Assembly (NCBI GenBank): GCA_034669905.1
Contig: JAXMOL010000001.1
Span: 128,001 to 192,000, forward strand
Direction of reading: 5' to 3'
Origin: Candidatus Hydrogenedentota bacterium
GTDB lineage: Bacteria > Hydrogenedentota > Hydrogenedentia > Hydrogenedentales > JAEUWI01
DNA: 64,000 nucleotides
Positions 36,542-45,023 of this stretch are shown one piece after another (the first letter of the stretch is position 1; every line of letters begins with the position of its first letter). A program made the position numbers and the translations under genes. The notes beneath the pieces were generated by a model, which saw only the letters and a program-made list of their open reading frames with translations, ran no database searches and was not told the origin of the DNA.

Positions 36542-38956
36542 ATGTACCGAGCGTTCTATGGCTTGCGGGAAAAGCCGTTTAATCTGACCCCAGATCCCCG
36601 CTTTCTCTACTTGAGCGATAAGCACAAGGAAGCCTTTGCACACCTGCTCTACGGCATTCGCAGCCGAAGCGGCTTCGTCATGGTGACGGGTGAGATCGGC
36701 ACCGGCAAGACAACCATTTGCCGCAATCTCCTCAACCAATTGGATGAAGATACGGAACTCGCCTTCATCTTCAACCCCATGCTCAGCCCCTTGGAATTAC
36801 TGAAGAAGATCGCCTCGGAATTTGGCGTGGACACCAAGGGTTCAAACACGCTGGAATTGACCGAGGAGCTGAACCAATATCTCCTCGAAGCGGCGGCCAT
36901 GGGAAAGAATTGCGTCCTGCTCATTGACGAGGCGCAGAATCTTGACCCCCAGGTCTTGGAACAGATTCGGCTCCTTTCCAATCTGGAAACCGAGACCGAG
37001 AAACTGCTCCAGATTGTGTTGATTGGCCAGCCCGAGTTGGCTGAAAAACTGGCCCTTCACGAACTGCGCCAGTTAAACCAGCGCATCACGGCCCGCTACC
37101 ACCTGAAGCCCCTGAGCGAGAAGGAGGTCATGCAGTATGTGGCCTACCGCCTCCATGTGGCCGGTGGACGACGGAAAGTAAAATTTGCCCGCTCAGCGGT
37201 GCGGGCCATCTACAAGATATCGGGCGGTACCCCCCGGGTCATCAACGCTTTATGCGACCGGGCCTTACTCGTAGGCTTCACGAAAGAGGTCCACACCATT
37301 ACGGCCTCTATTGTGCATCGGGCCTACCGGGAAATACGGGGCGACGATATTTTCGGCCAGCGGGGCGCGCGGAATTCTCTGGGCCGTCTGCTCTGGAATC
37401 CGATCACGGCCATCTCGGTGGTCCTTCTGATTGCCATTGTGTTCGCCAACTCAACCGTATTGCGACAACGCACCCAGGGCTACCTCAATTGGCTCGCCGC
37501 CAAGCTACCCGAGGCGGCGCCCGTTCCGGTAGCCCCCCCCGCTCCCCCGACGTCCGTGGCCCCCACAGCGGCCGCGATCTCACCGTCCGTGGGAGCGACA
37601 CCGGCTCTCCCGACGGAAAACGCCACGGAAGCGGCACTGCCCACGGAGACAGCCACCCCACCTGCCCTGTCCCCCGCCGCGCCTGCCAGCGCCATTCCGG
37701 ATGCCCTGTTCAGTGCGTCGGAATCGGCCAGTAACGAAGCCGCCCTTCGGGCCATGCTGCAGGCCTGGAACAAGACAGTCACCGGGCCGGTACCCGAACA
37801 ACTGGAAGGTGACGCGCTGGCGCAGTTCGCAGCGACCCATGGCCTGGCCGTCGAGTTTCTGAATCCTGCGGTGGACCAATTGCTCGCCCTGGATCTGCCC
37901 GCGGTGGTACAACTGCAACACGGGGAGGCAACCCGCTCGGCGCTGCTGAACGGCGTGAACGAAGACGTCTTGACCCTCGTCGCCAAGGACACCACGTGGA
38001 CCATGGATCGGGGCCGCTTCCGGGCGGCCTACACCGGCGAAGCCATTGTCATGTGGGACGATCCGGCACCCACGGCATCGGCCTTACTGCCTGGTGCGCG
38101 CAATGCCAACGTCCGGACACTTCGAACCCAGTTGGCGGCCCTCGGCCGTATCCCGGCGCCCGACAATGGCGATACCTACGATGGCATGGTCTCCAAAGCC
38201 GTCGCCCGTATTCAGGCGGAGACCAGTCTCGATGTAGACGGTATCGCGGGCAAGCAGGTCCGTATGGTGCTCCAGAGCTGGTCGAATTCACCCGGAACGC
38301 CCAACCTGGGTAGTCCGATAACCCGAATTGCCTCGGCGCCGATTGTGACAACAGCCCCCGCCACCCCGACCGTGGAACCCACCGTGGCCCCGGCGAAAGA
38401 TGGGCCCCCAACCCCGCCGGCTGTGGAAGCCTCCGAAGAGCAGGCGGTGCGTAGGGCGACGCCCCCGGCACCCGCTGCGGAGTCGGTCCCCGAGAAGGTG
38501 GCTACGAAGACGCCTGAGCCTGCGGAATCGACCACCCCCGAAACGACCACCGAGGAGCCGGTGCCGGAAGTTCAGCCCGAAGAGGAGCAAGCGGAGCCCC
38601 TTCAGACCGCCGAAGCGCCGGAAGAAACCCCGGAGGCGGAGGACCGGCCAGCCCCGGTAACCCTGACCAATGTGGGTGTTCCCCCGGCTGCGGAAACGAC
38701 GGCGGACAGCACGTCGGAAGCGACCAAAGAGACGCCTGAATTGGCGCCGTCTCCCCCAGAAGCGCCCGAAGCGGATAGCGCAACGACCTCGGAGGCCCCA
38801 TCGGCACCGGCAGGCACGGAAACCGAAGGAGCCCCGAGCGAACCCGCACCTGCGGCGACTGGCCCTCAATTGACCGTCGTGGAACTGGGAGACCCCGGGA
38901 CCGAGTCACCGGAAGCACCTGCCGAAGTTCCCGCACCGGCCCCTTCCGCCGGCTGA
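36542..38956 (+). CDS. exeA: ExeA/GspA-type AAA ATPase with TM, peptidoglycan-binding domain and Pro/Glu-rich tail
   Basis: MY..FYGLREKPFNLTPDP.F, GEIGTGKTT, LLIDEAQNL, LIGQPEL, GG.PR.IN.LCDRALL; PG-binding 'AVARIQ...LDVDGIAG'. Confidence 0.9.
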   Translation: MYRAFYGLREKPFNLTPDPRFLYLSDKHKEAFAHLLYGIRSRSGFVMVTGEIGTGKTTICRNLLNQLDEDTELAFIFNPMLSPLELLKKIASEFGVDTKGSNTLELTEELNQYLLEAAAMGKNCVLLIDEAQNLDPQVLEQIRLLSNLETETEKLLQIVLIGQPELAEKLALHELRQLNQRITARYHLKPLSEKEVMQYVAYRLHVAGGRRKVKFARSAVRAIYKISGGTPRVINALCDRALLVGFTKEVHTITASIVHRAYREIRGDDIFGQRGARNSLGRLLWNPITAISVVLLIAIVFANSTVLRQRTQGYLNWLAAKLPEAAPVPVAPPAPPTSVAPTAAAISPSVGATPALPTENATEAALPTETATPPALSPAAPASAIPDALFSASESASNEAALRAMLQAWNKTVTGPVPEQLEGDALAQFAATHGLAVEFLNPAVDQLLALDLPAVVQLQHGEATRSALLNGVNEDVLTLVAKDTTWTMDRGRFRAAYTGEAIVMWDDPAPTASALLPGARNANVRTLRTQLAALGRIPAPDNGDTYDGMVSKAVARIQAETSLDVDGIAGKQVRMVLQSWSNSPGTPNLGSPITRIASAPIVTTAPATPTVEPTVAPAKDGPPTPPAVEASEEQAVRRATPPAPAAESVPEKVATKTPEPAESTTPETTTEEPVPEVQPEEEQAEPLQTAEAPEETPEAEDRPAPVTLTNVGVPPAAETTADSTSEATKETPELAPSPPEAPEADSATTSEAPSAPAGTETEGAPSEPAPAATGPQLTVVELGDPGTESPEAPAEVPAPAPSAG

Positions 38957-39075
38957 TTCCCTGACGGATACCCGTAGGGAGAAAGCTGGCACACCGGGCT
39001 CTGAAACAGTACAATAGACCGCATGAAAATTCTTCCGCTCTTATCTATTAACGCCACCGCGAAAAGGGGCCGCGC

Positions 39076-39933
39076 ATGAGTTCTATCCTCGAGGCGCTGA
39101 AGAAGCTCGAAGCGGAGAAAAACGCCCCGCTGCCCCAGGATCCCCTGCCGCTGGACGACGTCCCCGACTATGGCGGCGGCTCCTTCCTGGCAGACAGCTC
39201 CGATACCTTCCCCAAACGGCGCCGCGCATCTATTGCGCCGCTCTTGTGGGTTCTTGGTGGGGGCATGTTTACCCTCATGGTCATTGGCGTGGCGGTGTTG
39301 CTGGTCATGCTCTTGTTGCAGAACCCATCCGGCACCTCCGGCTTGACGGCCGTGGCGCCCACCACCCCCCCGGCAACAGCCCTGACAAGCCCCGAGCCCG
39401 TGGCACCCCCCGCGGAAACCCCTGCGCCCGCGGAAGCGTCGGAAAACGCAGACACCACCGAACTGGCCAATTCGGAAGCCACGTTGAGTGAATCGGTGGA
39501 AGCGGTCCCCAGTGCCTCGGAAGCGCCCATGGTGGTCACGCGCGTTGCCCCGACGCAGCCCACACCACCGCCCCCGGCTCCCGTAGAAGCGCGCCCTGCG
39601 CCCGAACCTGAACCCGCACCCATCGTCGCAACAGCACCCCGAAAACCGGTCTTGCCTGTCACGATCAATACGGAGCCACTTCCGCTGGAGATCCGAAACC
39701 TCCCCATGCTGTCGCGCACCCAGCGCACCCAGTATCGATTGGATGGTGTCCAGCTCAACATGCTGAATCCAGCGGGCCCCACCCGCCCCCTTGGCAATGC
39801 CTTTATCAACCTGGAGAAAGTTTTCGTGGGCGAATTTCTCCCCGGGTCCAATGCAAAACTAGTCGACGTAACCAGCCATGGTATCGCGATTGAAATCCAG
39901 AGTACGGGACAACGCTACTACATTCCGCGCTAG
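39076..39933 (+). CDS. exeB: ExeB/GspB-type secretion accessory protein
   Basis: MSSILEALKKLE N-terminus, single TM, Pro-rich linker, C-terminal 'A.IN.....GE' domain; follows exeA. Confidence 0.78.
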   Translation: MSSILEALKKLEAEKNAPLPQDPLPLDDVPDYGGGSFLADSSDTFPKRRRASIAPLLWVLGGGMFTLMVIGVAVLLVMLLLQNPSGTSGLTAVAPTTPPATALTSPEPVAPPAETPAPAEASENADTTELANSEATLSESVEAVPSASEAPMVVTRVAPTQPTPPPPAPVEARPAPEPEPAPIVATAPRKPVLPVTINTEPLPLEIRNLPMLSRTQRTQYRLDGVQLNMLNPAGPTRPLGNAFINLEKVFVGEFLPGSNAKLVDVTSHGIAIEIQSTGQRYYIPR

Positions 39934-39994
39934 GCCCTGAGAGCAGGCCGACGGAATGGACGTAACAGGCACAATGACGGAAGGACCTCCTATC

Positions 39995-41053
39995 ATGCGG
40001 GCAATCACGCAGCTTTTTTCCTCGAAACACACCCCCACCCTCCGACAGGGAATGACCAGCATCACCCTGGCCCTGGGCCTCGTCCTGATGGCCGGATGCA
40101 GCGGACCCGCTGAACCGGTACAGACGGATACAGAATCGAAGGAGGCCATGCCCGCCGCCGAGACCCCGGAGCAGGCGACCCTCCGCATTGCCGTCATCCC
40201 CAAGGGCCTGGCCCACCAGTTCTGGCTGACCATTAAGGCCGGTGCGGAAGCGGCGGCGGCGGAAGGAGGCGCGGAAATCCTCTGGCAGGGCCCCCACAAG
40301 GAAACGGAAGTCGAAAAGCAGATCAACATCGTCCAGGATATGCTCAACAGTGGCGTGGATGGCCTCGTGCTGGCAGCCTGTGATGAAAATGCCCTTATCC
40401 CCATGGTGCAAAAGGCCACCGACGCGGGCATCCCCGTGGTGACCATCGACTCCGGCGTGGCTTCGGACCTCCCCCTTTCTTTCGTGGCCACCGACAATGT
40501 GGCGGGTGCCGAAATGGCGGCCAAGACCCTGGCCGACCTGATTGGCGAGGAAGGCAACGTGGGGCTTATTCCCTTCATCAAGGGTGCCGCCACGTCCAAC
40601 ATGCGGGAAGAAGGCTTCCTGAAGGGCATCGCGGCCTATCCTGACATCAACGTAAGCGCCACCCTCTATTGCCAGAGCGACGTCGCCAAGGCCATGGAAG
40701 TCACGCAGGACATGCTGACGCGCAACGCCGATCTGAAGGGCATCTTCGCCACCAACGAACCGGCAGCCATTGGTGCGGCCCAGGCCCTGAAAGCGGCGGG
40801 AAAGCAGGATCAGGTCAAGCTCGTGGCCTTTGACGCAGCCGAAGAAGAGATCACCGCGTTGCAGGAAGGCTCGGTCCAGGCGCTCATCGTGCAGAACCCC
40901 TATCGCATGGGCTATGCCGGCGTGCAGGCCGCCCTCGATGCCATCGCCGGTAAGCCCGTCGAAAAACGCATCGATACGGGGGTGACCGTCGTTACGATGG
41001 AAAACTTCAATGAGCCGGAAATTCAGGAACTGCTGTACCCCCTCGGAAAGTAG
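39995..41053 (+). CDS. Monosaccharide ABC transporter substrate-binding lipoprotein (RbsB-like)
   Basis: Lipobox MAGC; IAVIPKG..HQFW, GIPVVTIDS, FVATDN..G, QNPYRMGY; start uncertain (39995 or 40052). Confidence 0.9.
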   Translation: MRAITQLFSSKHTPTLRQGMTSITLALGLVLMAGCSGPAEPVQTDTESKEAMPAAETPEQATLRIAVIPKGLAHQFWLTIKAGAEAAAAEGGAEILWQGPHKETEVEKQINIVQDMLNSGVDGLVLAACDENALIPMVQKATDAGIPVVTIDSGVASDLPLSFVATDNVAGAEMAAKTLADLIGEEGNVGLIPFIKGAATSNMREEGFLKGIAAYPDINVSATLYCQSDVAKAMEVTQDMLTRNADLKGIFATNEPAAIGAAQALKAAGKQDQVKLVAFDAAEEEITALQEGSVQALIVQNPYRMGYAGVQAALDAIAGKPVEKRIDTGVTVVTMENFNEPEIQELLYPLGK

Positions 41054-41145
41054 CCATTTTCGGTGACCGCCCGTGACTGGCCTGGTCCCTGTTCAGAAGG
41101 AATACAGCCCATGATGATGCCCCACACGCCGTCGGCCTTTCGCCC

Positions 41146-42657
41146 ATGAGCACGGTAGCCGAGTTGCAGGAAGCCACGTTGCGGGAACGCGCGGAAGCCG
41201 AAAAACACTATGGGGACCTCCTCTACTTCTACGGTGTCCAGCGCAATCTGGAGGCCATGGACGCGCTCCTGCCGGATATCGATCCGAAAAACCAGTCGGA
41301 CCTGTTGGTCTTTGAACTCTTCCAGGGGACAGAGGCCACGGCCCTGGTGGCGATGCTCCAGGACGACGCGGCGGACTGGGTTCGCTACAGCCTGCTGAAG
41401 GGCCTGCTGAAAGCCGGTGCCTTCGATAGCGCGATGGACGTGTGGCGGAAAGCCATCCAATGGCAGAATCCGGATCTGCTCCTCGCCAACACCCTGCTGC
41501 AATATGCATTGAAGAACGGGCGCTTTGACGTTGCCGGTCAGCTACTGTCCGCATCGGAAACACTTGCACCAGCCCAGGCTGAATTGGATGCCTGGCGGCA
41601 ACAGATACAGTCCAAAACCACCAGCGGCACCCGGGTCCTTTGCCTGGAGCCCCTGCCATCACCGACTGCCGTGGCCTTTCTCTTGAGCACGCGGGATGCT
41701 GCCCCCTATCTGGCGGACACCCTCGGCGGCATTTGCGCCCAGAGTCACCCCATTGCCGACATCCTCGTGGTAGACGACGGTGCCATCAAAGAGCTGGCGG
41801 CGCTCCAATCGACCTATCCCTTTCGCATTCTCCGAGACGAAGGAGGCAGTATGCCCGCCGACGTGACGGCCACCCATTTCGCGTCGGTACCTGCGAATGC
41901 GGCACCCGCCGTCGACTTCGTACAACAGTTTGTACTGGCACTGGAAAACGGTCCCGAGCATATCCGTAGCGCTTCAGGCCGCATCGAAGACTTCTACCAG
42001 GATTCCCCGGGCGACCGCTGGCGGGTTATTCGCATGACCCACGCCATGCCGGAAAAGCGGGCGACCGGTACCGATGCGCCCCACAGCGAAGCCACCTTTC
42101 AACCCCGCACGGCCAATCCAGCGGGCACGCGACTCTATCTTCCCGAGGCCGTGGCCTGTGGCTTACAACAGGACACGGTCGATAGCGCCCTCACGGCGCG
42201 GTGGAAATCCCGCCTTCCGGAACGGAACGAAGCCGGTCACTTTAAGGACGGTGCGGCCCTGGTGGCTTCCTTCGACGAGCACCTGAAGCAGTGTATCGCC
42301 TTTATCAGTGACGACGTGGACGAGGGCCGTACGAGCCTGGTCTTCCCCGATTTTCTCTCGCTCTATCATGCCGTGGCGATGGATGCCCAGATTGCTATGG
42401 CGCGGGGCCTTTTTGATGAGGGGACGGCCGCCTATATCCAGCAACAGGTCATTCTATCCATCCAGGAACTGGATAAGGAATACCAGCGTAATTTGGTTAA
42501 GAAAGTGCGGGAGGCCCTCGGCGAGCGGCTGCTGAGCAGCACCCAGGCGCCCGACGTCTCCCCCGCGGTGTCGCAGGCCCTCGCGGCCTTCATACAGGAT
42601 CTGAACGCCCTCTACAACGGCGTTCCCCAGGACCTCTATCTCGCGATTTACGGCTGA
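41146..42657 (+). CDS. Protein with a degenerate glycosyltransferase family 2-like domain
   Basis: 'STRDAAPYLADTLGGICAQSHPIADILVVDDG' GT2-like segment after a helical N-terminus. Confidence 0.55.
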   Translation: MSTVAELQEATLRERAEAEKHYGDLLYFYGVQRNLEAMDALLPDIDPKNQSDLLVFELFQGTEATALVAMLQDDAADWVRYSLLKGLLKAGAFDSAMDVWRKAIQWQNPDLLLANTLLQYALKNGRFDVAGQLLSASETLAPAQAELDAWRQQIQSKTTSGTRVLCLEPLPSPTAVAFLLSTRDAAPYLADTLGGICAQSHPIADILVVDDGAIKELAALQSTYPFRILRDEGGSMPADVTATHFASVPANAAPAVDFVQQFVLALENGPEHIRSASGRIEDFYQDSPGDRWRVIRMTHAMPEKRATGTDAPHSEATFQPRTANPAGTRLYLPEAVACGLQQDTVDSALTARWKSRLPERNEAGHFKDGAALVASFDEHLKQCIAFISDDVDEGRTSLVFPDFLSLYHAVAMDAQIAMARGLFDEGTAAYIQQQVILSIQELDKEYQRNLVKKVREALGERLLSSTQAPDVSPAVSQALAAFIQDLNALYNGVPQDLYLAIYG

Positions 42658-42809
42658 GGGATTTGGTCAGCACTACGTTTTCGACTTACAGGGCAAGACT
42701 ATGCCACGTTGATGTTGAATCTGGCTCGTTTTAACAAGGCGGCAATCACATTCCGCAAGATAGGACCGATATCCGATTGGAGAGTTCGCTTTTACCAACT
42801 ATCTAAAAC

Positions 42810-43011
42810 CCCGTGCCACGCGATGCCGAGTATTACGAGGTTTCGTGTGCGTGGAGGAAAGGCGTACTTCGCTCCATAAGACCCAATGAGTGCGGGCGTC
42901 CGAAACCGCTCGGAGGGAAAGACGCCCGAATTGAATCATCAACTGTGGCCCACGACCACCAGGGCTCCATGCACACGAAATCTCGCAGGGCTCGCTATCG
43001 CGTGGCACCGG
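42810..43011. repeat. About 200-bp element bounded by ~45-bp imperfect inverted repeats
   Basis: CCGTGCCACGCGATGCCGAG...GGTTTCGTGTGCGTGGAG vs CTCCATGCACACGAAATCTCG...ATCGCGTGGCACCGG. Confidence 0.65.
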
Positions 43012-43099
43012 AACAACCAATACAACGCATTGGCATACCACCACCTGCTTGGAATGTTTACTTTGACCAATCGTACAGGCATTTTTAAGGAAGTACACC

Positions 43100-43723
43100 A
43101 TGGAATCATCGCCCCCGCCTCGCCGCTTTGCGTGGAAAACCTTGCTCATCGGGGCCCTCATCGGCATGGGTCTCGGCGGTGTCGGCCTGGCAGCCCTGCT
43201 TCTCGGCTCCTATGCCTTTTTCAACCAGCAATCCGTCAAGAAGATCGCCGATACCAAGGAGTTGAAGCCCCTCCTGCTCCGGGCCGATTTTGATTGGGCC
43301 GTAACCGACCTGCAGGGGCAGACCGTAGATCTGAAGCAGCAGGTTGGAAAAACGACCTTGCTCCACTTCTGGAATCCCACCTGCGTCTCCTGCATCGCCG
43401 AAATTCCGAGTCTGAATACCCTCTATGACACGTTCGCGCCGCAGGGGCTGGAAGTCGTGGCGGTGGCGCTCCATGGCGAAGGCGATTTGGCGGGCGATGT
43501 GGCCATGCACAACATCCGTTTTCCCGTTTACACGGTGGACCGGAGTGTCATCCCGCCGGTATTCAACACCCGCGCCCTGCCCACCACCTACCTCATCGAC
43601 ACCGAAGGCTTTGTGGCCCTCCATCACACGGGGGCCGTGGACTGGTCGGAGGGCGATGCCGCTGCCTTCCTGGAACGACTGCTGGCCCCCCCGGAACCCC
43701 GCGCTGACGTTGCGTCAAACTGA
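43100..43723 (+). CDS. Membrane-anchored TlpA/ResA-like thiol-disulfide oxidoreductase
   Basis: AAGGAAG RBS; N-terminal TM; HFWNPTCVSCIAEIP; LPTTYLID. Confidence 0.88.
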   Translation: MESSPPPRRFAWKTLLIGALIGMGLGGVGLAALLLGSYAFFNQQSVKKIADTKELKPLLLRADFDWAVTDLQGQTVDLKQQVGKTTLLHFWNPTCVSCIAEIPSLNTLYDTFAPQGLEVVAVALHGEGDLAGDVAMHNIRFPVYTVDRSVIPPVFNTRALPTTYLIDTEGFVALHHTGAVDWSEGDAAAFLERLLAPPEPRADVASN

Positions 43724-43736
43724 GACAGGCAACCCC

Positions 43737-44102
43737 ATGAAAATCGAAGAACTACGCAGTGAAATACTTCGGGTAAGTACAGAAGATGGTCACCCCGCGA
43801 GCGTCTTTGACGCCTTGGTCTGTGACTGTGGCTCCGAAACCTTTACCCTCTTCTCTGATGAGAAGGTGGGTGGGGCGCTGGCCGTGTGCAGTGAATGCGA
43901 AGCCAACCACTCCATCTACGATACGGCGGACTTCCTGGAGGACATCGGACAAAACATCTGCGCCTGTGAACACGATGTCTTGCGCCTGATGGTGGGATTC
44001 ACCCTGGATGGAGAGGGGGAAAACGCCGACTGGGTCTATGTGGGCGCGGAATGCACCCACTGCGGCCTCGTCGGGGTCTTCGTGGACTGGGAAGAAGTCT
44101 AG
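43737..44102 (+). CDS. Cys-rich hypothetical protein (probable metal binding)
   Basis: CDC, CSEC, CAC, CTHC motifs; WVYVG..C..CG..G...DW. Confidence 0.65.
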   Translation: MKIEELRSEILRVSTEDGHPASVFDALVCDCGSETFTLFSDEKVGGALAVCSECEANHSIYDTADFLEDIGQNICACEHDVLRLMVGFTLDGEGENADWVYVGAECTHCGLVGVFVDWEEV

Positions 44103-44117
44103 GCGGCGCAGCGGCCC

Positions 44118-44873
44118 TTACGCGGGCACGAAGGGCTGCCCGACGTTGTGTTCGATGAAGGCGTCCACGAGGTCGGCGTTGAAGCGTTCGCCCCGCTCTT
44201 CCTTCAGATGGGCCAGGGCATCCTCGTGGCGCGCATGTTTACTCCGATAGTGGCGGGGACTCGTCATGGCGCAATACACATCGAGAATTTTCATCATAAG
44301 GGCCAATTTCGGTACGGCCTCTTTCTCCAGGCCTTCCGGATACCCTTCGCCATTCCAGCACTCGTGGTGGTAACGCACAATCTCAACCACATCCGTATGG
44401 CATCCGTGGGCCACCAGCATGTCCGCACCCATGGTGGTGTGGGCCTGCAACAGCAGCCAGTCGTCGTAGCTGAGTACCGATTTCTTTAGCAGGACCTCGT
44501 TGCTGATGAGAATTTTCCCCACATCGATGAGCAGGGCGCCCCGTGCCAACGCGGAAAGTTCATCATCGTCCAAGCCCACGGCCTGTCCAAAACGAAGGGC
44601 ATGTTCCTGAAGTCGTTTTGCCGAACCCTGGACCCGCCCCTCGCGGCAGTCGACCGCTTCGGCCAGCAGGTGGAGCACCCCGTCATTGGCGGTGGCTACG
44701 GCCAGGGCAGCGGAAAGCGAATCAGCGTCTGCAGGCCCCAACACAGCACTGCTACCCGGGGGCACGACCCCGCCCGCGTCTGCAAATTTCAGCTGGGCCC
44801 CCTGGGCGTCGGCGGCTTTGATGAGGGCTTCATGTGCGCTGGCGTCACCAATCACTGCAATACGCTTCAACAT
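44118..44873 (-). CDS. HD-GYP domain protein with degenerate HD motif
   Basis: HHECWNGEGYPEGL and D.Y.AMTS.R.Y present; HD replaced by ID (LLIDVGK); start ATG 44873 after AGGAG. Confidence 0.85.
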   Translation of the reverse strand: MLKRIAVIGDASAHEALIKAADAQGAQLKFADAGGVVPPGSSAVLGPADADSLSAALAVATANDGVLHLLAEAVDCREGRVQGSAKRLQEHALRFGQAVGLDDDELSALARGALLIDVGKILISNEVLLKKSVLSYDDWLLLQAHTTMGADMLVAHGCHTDVVEIVRYHHECWNGEGYPEGLEKEAVPKLALMMKILDVYCAMTSPRHYRSKHARHEDALAHLKEERGERFNADLVDAFIEHNVGQPFVPA

Positions 44874-45023
44874 CCCGTTCTCCTGTAGCAATCTGCGGGT
44901 ACGACGTGTCGGGCCATGGTAGCAAGCTGGAACGTAAACAGCAACTTGAATTCACCCCGTGGCTGCCGTAGGATCATAGCTTCGCCGCTCCCGGCACCCC
45001 CTCCATTGACCAGGTAGTACCCC

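Noticed and set aside
36542..39933. Complete type II secretion gene cluster
   Set aside because: Only the ExeA/ExeB accessory pair is present; no secretin, assembly ATPase or platform genes in the window
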